Shown: positions 24,154-37,764, counted from the stretch's first letter. The stretch: DNA of 64,000 nt from Antechinus flavipes (GCF_016432865.1 NC_067399.1:496868001-496932000), one strand, 5' to 3'. Numbers and translations: made by a program. The notes: generated from the sequence alone by a model not told the origin.

Positions 24154-24273
24154 CTAGAGGGACAGAAAGAGAAGCGAGTATTTAATACTGCTAAGGGACA
24201 AGCAGCATCACAGACAAGAAAGGCAGAACTAGTAGGAACCTTAATGCATACAGTGTTAAAACAGAGAATATTC

Positions 24274-24426
24274 GGGGCAGCTAAGTGGTGCAGTGGATAG
24301 AGGACCAGCCCTGAAGTCAAGAGGACCTGAGATCAGATCTGGCCTCAGACACTGAATACTTCCTGGCTGTGTGACCCTGGGGAAGTCACTTAACCCAAAT
24401 TGCCTCAGCAAAAAAAAAAAAAAAAC
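24274..24426 (+). mobile_element. WSINE1-like SINE, near full length with poly(A)
   Basis: ggggcagctaagtggtgcagtggatagaggaccagccctgaagtcaag...gtgtgaccctggggaagtcacttaacccaaattgcctcagc followed by an A tail. Confidence 0.85.
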
Positions 24427-24584
24427 AGAAGATCTAGGGGCAGAAGGAACCTCAGTATGTAGGATATTAGAAAAAACAATGTCAGAGATTAACAGCACTG
24501 AGAGGTCATGTAATCTACCCACCACATTTTGTAGATGAGAGGGACCATCTCGAGTAGTAGTTCTCAGATTCTTTCTGTTCCCCA

Positions 24585-24770
24585 CTAGATAGTCAATAAG
24601 ATTTATTAATCACTTACAATGTGCCAGGAAATGTGCTAAGGTGCTAGGGATGCAAAAAGAGGCAAAGTCAGACCTGGCACTCAAGGAGTTCATAGTCTAA
24701 AGGAGAGGTAATAAGCAAATAAATATGTGCAAACAAGCTATATACAGGATGAACAGAAAATAGACTAAGA
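24585..24770 (-). mobile_element. LINE-2 3' end
   Basis: agtcaataagatttattaatcacttacaatgtgccagg...tgctaagg...aaaaagaggcaaag...ctcaaggagttcatagtcta. Confidence 0.75.
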
Positions 24771-25424
24771 CACTAGTATTTTTTGCCATGAAGAATTTCC
24801 ACACACTAAAGCATGGTAGGAGAGCAGCTGTGCACATGTAACTGGAAATGCCACAAAATTCACAGCACCCCAGAGAGAAATGGGGGCATACAACTTCATA
24901 CCCTTTGAGAATCCCAAATTCTTAAAGAGGCTTCTTTATGCTATTCTACCCATGCTACAGACAAAGACTGATACCACCCAACAGCAAGTGGATTACCCAG
25001 ATCACATACCGAATTGATGGCAGATGCTAAGATAATCCCAGAATCAGAAGAACATAGATAAAGAACTACAAGGAACCTTAGCAACAACACATTCCTACCC
25101 TTGACTTAATGATCATCATTTTCCCAGATTGTCATCACTCCCCCTCTCCGTCCCCTCATGTTTTACAATGCATGCATGATCTTGTTTTATCCTTCTAAGC
25201 CACCCTATGAAAAAGGCAGACTAGGGGACTGCCTTTATTCTCTCCGTCTAATAGATGAAGAAACGAAAAGAATCTCATTACCCAAGATCCCACAATGAGT
25301 TGAAATCAGACCTAGAACTGGAGCCCAGGGCTCCTGACTTCTAAATTGGGGCTCTTCTCACCATATTAAGCTGCTCCTGCTCTGTTTCTAGTCTACTGCC
25401 CCACTAGCCAAGCACACAGTTATA

Positions 25425-26095
25425 GACAAATGGGTAGGCATGAAGACTGACAGAAAGACACAGACAGACAGACATGAAGACAGGCACAGATAGGACAGAC
25501 CCAGATAGACCAACCCAGACAGACTGACCAAGACAGATAGATAGACAGAAAGAGAGAAAGACAAACATAGACACAGATAGACAGCAGATAGACACAAACA
25601 AACAGACATACGGACAGATAAATAGAAATAGACAGACACAGATAACTAGATAAAGACAGATAGATAGACACAGACAGATATAAAGACAGACAGACAACAT
25701 GGATATACAGACAGATAAACAGAAATAGACAGACAGACAAAGACAGACGGGTAGGCATAGACAAATAGACACAGACAGACATAAAGACAAACAGATACAG
25801 ACACAGACAGATAGACCTAGAAACAGACAGACATACAGACATAGACACAGATAGATAGACACAAATACAGACACAGCCAGATAAACAAAAATAGACAGAT
25901 ATATGCAGACAGATGGAACAAAAACAGACAAACTTATAACAGACATAGACAGACATAAATACAAACATACAGATAGACACAGACAGATAGACATAAAGAC
26001 AAATAGGTACAGACACAGAGATAGACACAGACAGATAGACATAGACATAAAGACAGATAGACCAACACAGATACATAGATAGATACATAGATACA
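25425..26095. repeat. Cryptic AGAC/AGAT/ACAC satellite, ~670 bp
   Basis: Direct reading. It explains the stop-free low-complexity ORFs on the minus strand. Confidence 0.92.
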
Positions 26096-26149
26096 TGCCT
26101 CTACTTTCTTGTTATATCTATCTACTATGTATCTGTATCTGTATCTAAC

Positions 26150-26310
26150 TTATTTCTATCCTAGTTATTGGCATGTTGTTTCCCACATTAGGTTGTTAGC
26201 TCTTCAAGAGCAGAAACCATCTCTCATCTTTCTTGCTGTCCTCAGTGCTTAGCACAGTTCCTGACATAACAAGCACTTAATAAATGTTTATTAATTGGCT
26301 GACTGGCAAT
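26150..26310 (+). mobile_element. LINE-2 3' end
   Basis: gttgtttcccacattag...gctcttcaagagcag...ctcagtgcttagcacagttcctgacataacaagcacttaataaatgtttattaattggctgactg. Confidence 0.75.
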
Positions 26311-29300
26311 TGTGCTGGCTGTCAGTCTGGGTAATGGCACTAGAGGAATCTGGAGGGCAAGTCGTTGGACCAACAACCCACAGTAGCAGTTTAAAACAAA
26401 CCAGACCCGACATTAGCAGCTAGAAGAAGGCATCCAAATAGATGATAGAATCCAAAGTTCCAGTTGTCCCCCTCCTAGGTCTCTACTGTAGTCCCTTTCG
26501 ACTTCACTTGAGTTTTTCCCCCTGTGCTCTTTCAATTGAATTCTCCCCTTCTGACATCTTTGATGTCTCCTACAGTCAGTCTTCCTGAAATGTTTTCTTC
26601 CTTGTAGACCACCTCCTTGGCACTCAGTGTTCCAGCTGTACCCTCTCCTCTTTCCCCCAAACACAAACCGGGCTTTTCAAAGGGCCAAAGCTTCGGAGAC
26701 AGTCTGAGTTCTGACCCTATCTGCTCTCCAGACCCATTCAGAAATAAGAGAAGAAACATCCAGCTTACGTCATGCCCAAGAGGTTCTTGAAGATCCTTTT
26801 CCATTTGACTATGCTCTCTAGACCAACAATCTGAGGGCTATAATCTCCACCAGCCTGTCTGTGGTCAGGTTTTATGTTCTAATATTCTATCTTCCAAGAA
26901 GCAATTTAGCCCAATGGAAAAGACTCTAGAATTAGGATCAGAAATCCAGATTTAATGTCTCTCTCTGCTACTGTCTATCTAGTGACCCTGGGTGAGCTCT
27001 CCATATCTGTCCAATCCTTTTCTATAGAATGGACAAGATCCCCTTAAAGCCCCCTTGTAGCTCTAAACCAGATGATTCTAAGATCCCTTTCAATTCTACA
27101 GTGGACATTCCAAGATCCTGCAGCAACATATTAGGCAGGTAGAGGGTAGGATTTCCCAAATATGATGTGAGGATGGAGCGGGCAGTGATAGAATATGTCT
27201 AAAAGCTTCTCAGAGAAATGTAGGAACCCATCCTCATTTGAATAGAAATGACAATAACAGGAGATGGCTTAGTAGGCAGAATGCCAGCCTGGGATCCAGG
27301 AACACCCAGGTTCAAGCTATGTGACCCAAGAGAGGTCATTTAATCTCCCAGTGATCTAGCCAACTCTCTAAGGTCAAAGGTTTGCAGGTATTGATCTGCA
27401 TGCCTAGGAGGCATTTCATTATCTGGATTTCTTAGATCAATGAAATATTATAACATAATACTATTAATAATAATAACCCCTTAAATGTGCACAGTGACTT
27501 ATAATTTTGACAAGTTTACCAAAGTTTTCATATTGACCATCCTTTTCATTCTCACATCAATTTTGTGAGACAAAGGAAGGAGTCTTTTCCCCATGTGACA
27601 AATGAGGAAATCAAGACCCAAAGAGAGGAAGAGACTTCTCTAAAGTGACAAAGCTAATAAGGAGGTATTGTGGCTCCAAGTTAGCCTCTTTTCTCTGCAC
27701 CATAATTTCCTATTCTCAAGGGAATTTGGTCTTTTAAAAGATTTTTGTTTTTAAAAAACCTACCCTATACCCCAGATTTCTGGTTCAAAGTAGAAAAAAA
27801 AGTACAATAAATACAGCATGTCTGGGCTGATAATTAATTTCCATTTCTCACACCTGGAAATTTTAGTTAAGAAAACAATGTGTTCACTCATGAAAGAGTA
27901 AATTTTTTTAAAAGGATATGGCTAACATTCTCCTCACCAGTCCATCCTATAGCCCCAATTTGAGACATGAAAGATAATGGAGATTTAGACTGCATGGTCT
28001 CTTAGACATCTGGACTGAGAGCCAGGACTGAGATGTAGTCCAGTCTTTGCCCCTCCTTCACAGTATGACCTTAGTCAAGTCCTTTTCTCAAAGTCTCTAC
28101 TTTCCCACTTAACTCTTGGGAAGAACAATCCCTGCCTCTCACATCTGGAAATGAAATGCCTGACTTTCTTTCCTGGATTCCCCTCCTTTAATTATGACTT
28201 CCAGCTACAAAGGACTTTGGCACAGACTTTTCCCAAAGAAAATGTGCTTGTATTTTGGGGCCAGTCCAATTCACTGGCCAACCTCCTTCCCGTGGGTGTA
28301 CTTCTAAGGAAGTTGACGTATGACTACACAGATTTACAAATGCTCAGTTGCTTGGTTGCTCTCAGTCATGTCTAGGCTGGAAGGTGGTGAGAGCAGAGGT
28401 TGGGGAACATTAACCCACTTCTTTGGGGTTCAGACTCCCATTTTACTCAGAAATGAAGAAAAATTCCAAGGAGCAAAGAATGGAACACCAAAGAAACACA
28501 ACTAATTGAGGATAAGGATGTAACTGAATCTAGACAATATAGTTCTCAGTGACTATGTCAGTTTCCTTCCCCAGCTTTTTCTCCCTGATATGTGTTTCCA
28601 ATATCCCTGTAATGTGGGAGAGGGAAAAAAAACTATAATTCCCATTTCAGAGATGGAAATAATGAGACTTTCTCATGACAACAGACCTGGGGACAAAATC
28701 ACCCCTGAAACCCAACTCATGAAGTGCTTCCAATGTCTATGACATAGTACCTATGACTCAGGTACTATGGACAAGCATCTCCCTCCTGTCTTCAACCCTA
28801 AAACTTCCTCAGCTGAAGAAATGAGCAAACTTTTAGCCAGGGCAGAAAAAGGCCTGGATGGGATATTGACCTCATACCCAACATCTGCCCAGAGCAGACA
28901 CATCAAGTGCCAGAGAAATTACTCAAGTGAGAGTCGCCATCCCCAACTCAGTCCAGATATGTGCTCATTGGATGATATTGGGGCAAAAATGAATTCCTTC
29001 AAGTGTTGACCTGATTCAGCATCTGTGTTTTCCCAACCCCCTCTCTTATCCATTGAAATGTTATATGGATCTGTCATTGTGGGAATGTTGGGAGGGGTCT
29101 CTGAGCTGTCTCTGAATGGTGGCTCAGCCTGAGAGTTTCAAGTTTTCAGTACTGACTTTGTTCAAAGTAAGGGAGCTAGTGGGCTGGGTTCCCTTTCTTC
29201 CCCTCTGTTGCCACCCCTCCTCCCCAACCAATCTGAGACCCTGCCTGTTCTCAGAGCAGTGGAAAAAAAGCTGCCATCTCTTTCCAGGGAACCAAGCCTG

Positions 29301-32300
29301 AGTTGGGGTGGCTTCCTTGATGATTCATGAGGCAAGGGTGGGATTTTCCACCTCGAGCAAACAACGAGCCCTCTGAAGCCAGCACACAGCACAACTGCTC
29401 TGTTCATGGAATAAAGTGGGAGGGGAGCATGGGAGCTAAAGACCCCTGGAAGGGGAGGTGAAGAAGGTCAAGTTCCCTTCTCACACTAGCCCTATGGTGC
29501 AGATTGTGGGGGAAGTCCCTCAGCCATGGCAGAGGGGAGCTAATATCTTTCCCTGGAATCTTCCTGATGCCCAGTGTGACCTAGAGAGATCTTCTCCTCT
29601 TCCTCCAATATGGTTATTGGCTAAGGGAACTGTTTCATTCTCATAGAATATGGTCAACCCATCCAATCAACAGCAAGTGAGCTGATTGCTTCAGTTTCTC
29701 GAGCTGGCAGTACATACCTTTATGATATCAGGAAATGAAGTGGAAGGCAAGCCACCAGAATTCAAGATTGAGAGTCTAGAGACCTGAATATCAGCCCCAC
29801 CTCTGACACTAAATGGCTAGGTGATTTTAGGTGAGTCACATCACTTCCATAGATGAAAACATTTCCATCTATAAAAATCACACCCAATATTCCATGTCTT
29901 TTCTATTAAAATAAAGATTAGCCCTGGTTTACAAAAACAAGCAAAAGTCTCTACGGAATAATGAAAGTCTGGGTTGAGCTTCTGTCTATTGTAAAATGAA
30001 AATAATTATGTTGTTTGTGTATGATTAAAAGGTGCAACCGCACAGAGACTTCTGCCTAACTCTATCTTGAATGGAACATCTCTCAGCTGAAGGTCACAGG
30101 CCATTAAAGTTGAAAGGGACCATAAATATAATTGCTGAATTCATATCATACTCCAAACACTGGACATTCTCACATTTAACTACTGGTCCAATCTATTTAT
30201 TACTTTACCAGTGAAAAAATTGAGGTTCAGCAAGAAGCTACTAACTCGATTTCATAGAGATAGGAGTGGAATCAGGATTAGAACTCAATTCTCCTGATTC
30301 CAAATTCAGGGATCTATCTACTATTTTGTAATGATTCCCTGTTTTAAAGGATGCTGAGATTACTAGAACTAGAGATTTAGTGAGGCAAAGGAGAAACTCC
30401 ATAGAAACATGTGTAGTTTCACAAAGAGCACTGCACCCATCCAGCTAGGCTCAGGAAGCTAGGCAAATCTAGTCTCCCACTAAATCCAAGAAATGTCTCT
30501 CTGGGCTGTGGTAAGAACCTCAGAGAAACCTTATGGCTAGAGGCCCAATTCTAACAGCAGGATGGAGTGGAAAGTATTTGCTGCAGAGAGTAGGTACTGA
30601 GGAGCGTGACAAGAAGGAAAGCAGATTCTAAACATGAAAACTGGCCTGGAGCCAGGGTAGTCTAAATATTATCTTCCTTTTAAGACCTCAGGGACAATAT
30701 GGTACAATGAAGAACGTGCCTTCCTGAGTTCAGAAACCCTCAGTTCTTATTGTAGTTCTACTCATTAGTGGATAGCTCTATCACATTAGACTCAGTGATT
30801 GGAGCACTGAGTCTAGAGTTAGGAAGACCTAAGTCCAAAAGACTTCAAATATCTACCAGTTGTGTGACCTTAGGTGAGCCTTCTATCTGCCTCAGTTTCC
30901 TCAATTGTAAAATGTACCTTCCTTCTAGGGTTGCTGTAAAGATTAAACAAGATAATATTTATAAAGGGTGCAGCATAATGCTTGATATATATTAAGAGCT
31001 TAATAAATGCTTATATCCTTTAATTTTTCTCTGAACCACTGTTTCTTCATTTTTAAAATGAGAAAGTTAGACTGAATGATCTTAAGAGATCTCTTTGACT
31101 TCTAAAATTCTGTGGAAAGGATCATTTTGGCAGCTTTACCTTAAGCCCCTTGAATGACTCTGAGCAAAGCACTTAACCTTGCCAGGCTTATTTTTCACCA
31201 TCATCTACCTTATTCCCCAACCCCCATTTCATAAAATGGGAATAACTTTACAATTCTTCCTTTGGAGTCAGAAGGGGTACAAACCTGGCTCAGATACAAA
31301 CTGGTTATAAACCCCTCGACAACATACTTTAATTCCCTGAGTCCTTACCTGTTGGAATCCTTACTAACTGCTAACTAATTAGAGTTGATCTAATCTTACA
31401 AGAAGATGTTTTGGGCAGAACCTGAAACAAGGTACTAAGTAGAACTAATTAATACAAGGCTTGTGTTCACACCTTTACTCATTGGAGTTCAATGAGTTCA
31501 CACCTCCCTTGAAGCTCTTTGGGCCAGAGAGCACTATGGGAGAAAACCAAACCCACAATCCCTCTCTCTCGTATCCCACAATTCCTCCCTCTTGGATAAA
31601 AGAAACAGACAGAGGCTCTCGGGGAGATTTTTCACCGGAGTGACATGAAGAGTGGAGCTGGCTGGAGGCTGAAGAAAGCAGAGGCAGAGGATGAAGGACC
31701 AGACCTTTGGATTTGGCGACATTCGGAGAGAGCTCTTGGAACCAAGCAGAGAGATAGACCTCTAAACTAACCGGGCTATATTGGAGATAATAAAAGATCT
31801 GAACTTTTATCACCTGGCTGCGTTTTGGGAAGAAGATCACCACACTTACCTGAAAAATGACTGGAAATTTCTAAGTAAGATCCTTGATAATTGTAAATGC
31901 TATGATCTTCTGGCTACCTCATAGAGCAGTTGTAAAATAGAAGGGGCATGAAGCTTAGAAAGATGGGTGATGTCTCTTTGACACTGTGCAAGCCAGGCCC
32001 TCTGATGCCCTCACCCAGTCAGATGAGGCTCACAAAGCTCCATGTGACTGTGTCCTTCCCTAAGGAACATGGATCATGCCCTCAGTGTGTGTTAGCTGGT
32101 GCTGTTTTAACAGAGTAAATGGATTTCAGAAAACAAGGCCTTGGGGAACATTTACATAATTGAAAAGTAATGTAAATTATTTCCATAAGATTTACAATAT
32201 GGTTACAATAAAAAATAGTGCTTTGGTTCCTTTAGAGACAGGCTGTATAAATATTATTACTAATGATTATCAAAAATAATTAAATGTGTTTTTAAAAGCA

Positions 32301-34094
32301 AGAAATTCCAAGCACTAGCCACTGTCCACTCAGCAGGGAACAAGGACTTGAAATAGAGAGGCTGGCGGGGAGCTCTAGAGGCTGGGCAGGGGATGAAAGA
32401 GCCTGGGGGTGGGTACATTTCGAGGCAGGGGAGAAGCAGCAGCTGTGGCCTTGGCCCCCTAAAAACTAGGTCTAGTGGCCCAGCCTGCCGATGAGTCAGT
32501 CCATCAGCTCTGGGGATGTCATTCTATCCTGATAGACGCTCCCATCCAAGAGGGGGGATTTAAAGGCAAATGACGGTTCTTGGTAACCTAGAATGTTCTG
32601 AATGTTCCTGCCTGCTGCTCCTCTGCTTATACAAATCCAAACTATTCAATGAGACCCAGAGAGGGAAAGAGATTTGTCTAAGGTGCAGCTTATAAGTATC
32701 AAGCTTACTTGACATACTTGATGATACTTGAATTCTGATTCAGAATTGAAACTCAGATCTTGTCCCTCCAAGATCAGTGCTTTTCCACATGTTTATTTAT
32801 GGAAATGAAAATCTTCTTAGACATGGATCTCTCCCACCCTCCATCCCAAGTAGCAGATCCACTGTTTTGCTAAGGTTCCTATAACTAAAAGTGGGTTTGT
32901 TCCAACCACTGGTCCACAGATCATCTCTGGTCTATGGGGACTTTCCTCTGGTCTAACAAATCTTTAATGATAATGATAATGATATTTCACATGGATCACA
33001 TGGCTAATAAGGGTAGCATTCTCAGGTCTCCCTCACTCCAAGTTCAGTACTTTATCCATCCAGCTCTTTTATTACCAAAGTTCTTTACATCTTTATAAAT
33101 ATATAAAATGTTAAAGTAGCTTGTCATTCTTGTTTACTTTTTTCTATCCTGTTGCTACCACCCAAAACTTCTTTCCTCTCCCTAATTCTGCTCCCTACCT
33201 TCTGATAGTTGATTGCTGAAGGTAGGATGGACAAAGAAGTCCAAGAAACAGAAGATAAAATGCCATCACTGTCTCCCTAGTAGTTTGGGCTGAGAAACAC
33301 TGATTTAAGAAACAATAGGAAACCTGACCCAGCAGGGGGATGGGAAGAGCCAGGTGTCTGGGATGAAAGAAAAGGAAGAGAGAGCCAAAACTTTAGAAGT
33401 ATATTAGTCATTTGGGGATAAGAATATAGTGGGAAAACATTTAACTGATGATTCAATTCCAAGAATCCAGGACTTCTGTCCTAAATCTATCGCCAACTTG
33501 TTCTAGGACATTCTCAGTGGATTAGTTTTCTCATGTGTCAAATGAGGAAGTTGAAGTAGATCCTCTTTAAGGTCCTTTGCAGGTCTGTGACCCTATGATG
33601 CTGCAATAGTTCTAAAGTCCCTTTAGGTGTTTAAAAAAAATTCTGTGATCCAACAATCTAAGAAAGAAAATTCTCCTGGAAGGGGTAGAGGGGGTGAAGA
33701 TCCATGCCCCAGGAAGATTTTAATTTCCATAAACATTTAGTGTAATGAAAAGAGCACTAGTCTCAGGGAGACAAAATCTGAATTCTAGTTCTTCCATCTG
33801 CAAGGTCATACAAGCCAAGAAGGGACATTCTTCACAGAGATAGAGAGGCATCATTTTCTGTCTAGTGGAAGCCACTGGAGAATTATCAGCAAAACGTCTG
33901 GGAGGAAACTCAGTCTTTATAGCATGAATCCCACCTTAGTAAGCCAACTATAATCTAATGATTATGCCAGCTGAACTTTAAAATGATATCCTGTTATCAA
34001 CCCAAGTACACAACTACTATCATCAGCTAACATCTTTCCAATATGTCATAATCATAATTTTAAAACTACCTTGCATTTAAGATTTATAAGCATT

Positions 34095-34723
34095 GTATGC
34101 ATTATTGGTGGAGTTGTGAACTGATCCAACCATTCTAGAGAGCAATTTATAACTATGCTCAAAGGGCTATCAAACCTTTTGATCTAGCAGTGCCACAGTC
34201 TGTAACAGATCATAAAAGAGGAAAAAGGACCCACGTGTACAAAAATGTTTGTAGTAGCTTGCTGTAAAGAATTGGAAAATGAGTAGAGATTCTCATCATT
34301 TGAGGAATGGCTGAATAAGTTATGGTATATGAAAGTCATAGAATATTATGTTCTTTGAAAAATGAAGAAGAGGCTGTTTTTAGAAAAGCCTGGAAAGATT
34401 TACATGAACTGATGCTGAGCGAACAAGCAGAACCAGGACAACATTGTACACAGCAACAGCAAGACTGTGTGATGATCAACTATGATAGACTTGGTTCTTC
34501 TCAGAATTCAGTGATCCAAGGCAATTCAAAGAGGCTTCGGATGGAAAATGCTATCTGCATATAGAGAAAGATTTATGAAGACTGAATGTGAATACACACA
34601 CACTATTTTCACCTCTTTTTTTTCCTTTCTCATGATTTTTCCCTTTTGCTTTGATTTTTTCTCTCCCAACCTGACTTATATGAAAATATGTAAAAAAAAG
34701 TATAGTCTAAAAATAAAAATAGG
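34095..34723 (+). mobile_element. 5'-truncated LINE-1 with 14-bp target-site duplication
   Basis: L1 3' sequence (ggtggagttgtgaactgatccaaccattctagagagcaatt...gcctggaaagatttacatgaactgatgctgag). Identical gatttataagcatt at 34081-34094 and 34724-34737. Confidence 0.85.
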
Positions 34724-35851
34724 GATTTATAAGCATTTTATCTATATGCATTAGCTAAATTGTTCTTCAAATCTATAAGAGAAACAGCTGGTGAGATTCA
34801 GAAAGACCCGAGTTCCAATTTGGCTCTGATACATGCTGTGGGTATGAGCTAATAGCACTACATCTCTTACCCCTCCTAATTATTTCCATCAGCCCCAAAT
34901 TCTGCCCTATATACTGCAAATATAGTTTAACAAAAACATTAGATTGTGAATCTAAATTTAGGAGTTTAAATCTCCTTGTATGCCCGAGAAAGTTACAAGA
35001 ACTGCTAACTCTTGAACCCATGCCTGCACAAATCACTTAACCAGTCAGGCAACTCTGTAAGGCTATAAATTTCTGCACCGGCCCTACTCAGATAAAATCA
35101 CACGGATAGGCCTAAAAACAAACAACATAACAATAACAATAAAAAGCAACCCTATTGGATCAATATCTACAGCAATATTATCCAAGTTTACAATTGAGCT
35201 CAGAGAGGCAAATGAGTCTCCCCAGCAGAATGGAAGCTCCTTGAGAGCTGCTTCTTTGGATCCCCAACACGCCCTGCAGTTGCCTGAACATATTATATGC
35301 TTAAAGGATGCTCATCCAGCTGAACTGAATTTGCCTTTGATTACACAGCTAGTATCAAGGGAAGAGATTCAAATTCAGCTTTCTCTTGATTCCAAATTCC
35401 ATTCTAATTCCATGATGTCATGTTGCCTTACTTAATATATCAAGATAATAAAGTCAAGAGTAGTAAGAAGACATTGGGCATCCTTCACAGGCCTGGACTT
35501 ATACCTATCAAATGACAAAAAAGCAAGGCTCATAGAATTCAGAGCTGGAAGGAAACTAGCCCAACTCCCCTCATTTTCTGGCTGAGGAACTGAATCAGGC
35601 CCAAGAAAAGCGGCTTAATCCAATCCATCAGAGAATAATTGGAAGGGCTAGCATTTGAATCTATAACCTCTAGCCCCAAGACCAGTGTTCTTTCTGGGAC
35701 AGCAGGGTTGCCCCGACCCTCATCAAAGCTTCCTGGGGTATTCATAAAGACTGGAGCAAACAGCAATCAGATGAGTGATTTCTACGGCCACTGCCTCTTA
35801 CATTCTAGTATAAAAGTGATGGAAGAGAGCACACAAAGCATCTAGACTTAC

Positions 35852-37764
35852 CGGGAGGCCAGGGTCTCCCTTCTGCCCCGGAGGGCCCAACAGCAGTGGG
35901 AACAAGGTGGGCCCAATCGGATCAAAGAACAGGTATCCATCTGTGTGAGTGAGGGTGACAGCGCCCACAAAATGGGAGCCGGAGGCTGGGTGCTGCGGGA
36001 GAACCGGGGCAGCCGTACGGCTGAGCTGAGCCTGTTTGGGGTTGGGCCGGGTGGTCAAGTTCTTCAGGCTTGAAGGGAAGGAGACAGTACTAGGGACCAC
36101 GCCAGTCTTCCTAGGGCTGGGATGGCTGGGTGGCCGGGGGGTGTTCTTGGGAGTCAGTTTCTTCTTCACAGCGGACTCAGCCACCTTTCTGCCACCAGTG
36201 GAGTTGAGCCCAGGAGGAGAGCCTGGGGAGAAGGTGGGAGGGATTGTTCTGGACAATTTGATCCCCGCGGTAGGAAGCACCGGCTTCGCTGAGGGCCGAG
36301 GGGTCTGGGTTAGGCCAGGACCTGAGGCTGGCAAGGGTGGCTTAACTGAAGGGTGGGTCAGCTTGGCCGGCTTGCTGGTAAAGGGGAGGTTTCTGGCCAC
36401 GTTGGCCCGAGCGGCCTGGGACGCTGTCGTGGGGGTGACGGGAAGGGAGGACCGCCCGGCAGGAGGCACTGGCCTGGCAGTGGGAGGAGGAGCTTTGGCT
36501 GTTCCAGGGTTCTGACGGGCTGGCTTCGCTGTGGGAGGAGGGGGGGCTTTGGCAGGGCTGGGCTGAGAGCCAGGGGGCACTGGCTTCTTAGCGGGGGGGG
36601 TCAGCACCGGCTTGACCAGGGGATGGGGCCTCTTAGCTGGGACCACAGTGACCGAAGGAGTTACTGGCCTACTGGGAACAAGGGGAGTTTTAACCACGCT
36701 GGCTTTGGATGGGGGCACAGGCTTCGTGGCACGAACGGGAGGTTTGGTCGAGTTGCTCTGAGGGGTGATCAGTGCAGGCCTGAGCACAGGGGAGGAAGCT
36801 TTGCCTGAAGATAAAGGCAATGGCTTTGCAGTCACTGGTACGGTCCAGACCAAAGTACCCACTGTGGGGGATCGGGACACCCGGGGATCCGTGGCACTAG
36901 TCCTCACAGGCTGGTGGGGGGGCGCCCTGAGCCCGGTCGGTGCTGAGGGCACCAGTGTGGCCCTGGCACCTTGGCCGGGGGCTCTGGGCAAGGCCGGGGT
37001 GGTCTTGGCCATTCTAAGGGACGCCAACGGAGGCATCGCAGTGGTCAGGTTCCTCAGGCTCTGCAGAGAGGCGCCGGGCTGGAGGCCAAGATGGGCATGG
37101 GCTTCGGAGTCCTGGGGAAGAAGGGGAAGGAGAGGGGGCAGGAGTGGCCGGTAGGTATCGGCCTGTCTGCACTGCTTCCTCAGATATTTACAGTAATTGT
37201 GAGCTGCCTTGGCAGAAGGATAAATATTGAACTGGCATATGGCGCCCTCAAATTGGACTGAGTGCTGATTCATCTTCCCAAAGAGGAAAGACCCCTCGGG
37301 ATCGAGAGAGTCCTCTTTCTTAAAATGCAGATCCATGGGCACACGGCGCTTCCCGCAGGAGGTGAGGAGGGTCGCCCCCTGGCTTCGGAGACTGATGGCC
37401 AAGTGGTGCCATCGCCCATCGTGCACGTCATAGCTGAAGGCCAGGGAGCGCCGCTGGCCCAGGTACAGCACGATCTTGCCAGGGATGAACTGGAGCCCCA
37501 GCTGCAGCTTCTTCCTGCGGCTCCGGACAGCAAAGAGGAAGGCGTTGTTGACTCGGTGGGAGCACAGGCTCAGCACCAGGGTCAGGTCAGTGCCGAAGGC
37601 GGTGGGAATGATGGTGCCCGTGGGGGCTTCAATCCGGGCCCGCTGGGTGAAGATGAACCCCGACTGGAACGGGATGACTCCTGGGGGGACGGGGGCCAGC
37701 CCCGGGGCCCGGCCGCCGGCCGACTTCTTCCCACCGAGGCCCAGCCGTTGCAGGACATCCACAT
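35852..37764 (-). CDS. COL27A1: COL27A1 coding exon 3 (TSPN/laminin-G-like domain, Pro/Thr/Ala/Lys-rich variable region, first Gly-X-Y triplets)
   Basis: Core of the 674-aa ORF: DVDVLQRLGL...PPGVIPFQSGFIFTQRARI...LSLCSHRVN...HDGRWHHLA...HNYCKYLRKQC, ending GPPGQKGDPGLP. Acceptor ttatttcccgccccTAG|AT and donor CCG|gtaagt. 1913 nt, phase 1 in and phase 0 out. Confidence 0.97.

Noticed and set aside
23912-24157. Plus-strand ORF ending DIPGNPGKPGGP that looks collagen-like
   Set aside because: It is the antisense reading of exon 4.
25388-26096. 220-230 aa ORFs rich in C/L/S/V/Y
   Set aside because: Translation of a simple-repeat array that lacks stop codons.
35798-35851. ORF read-through VSLDALCALFHHFYTRM* suggesting a truncated secreted isoform
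   Set aside because: It follows a consensus gtaagt donor, and I saw no nearby minus-strand poly(A) signal.
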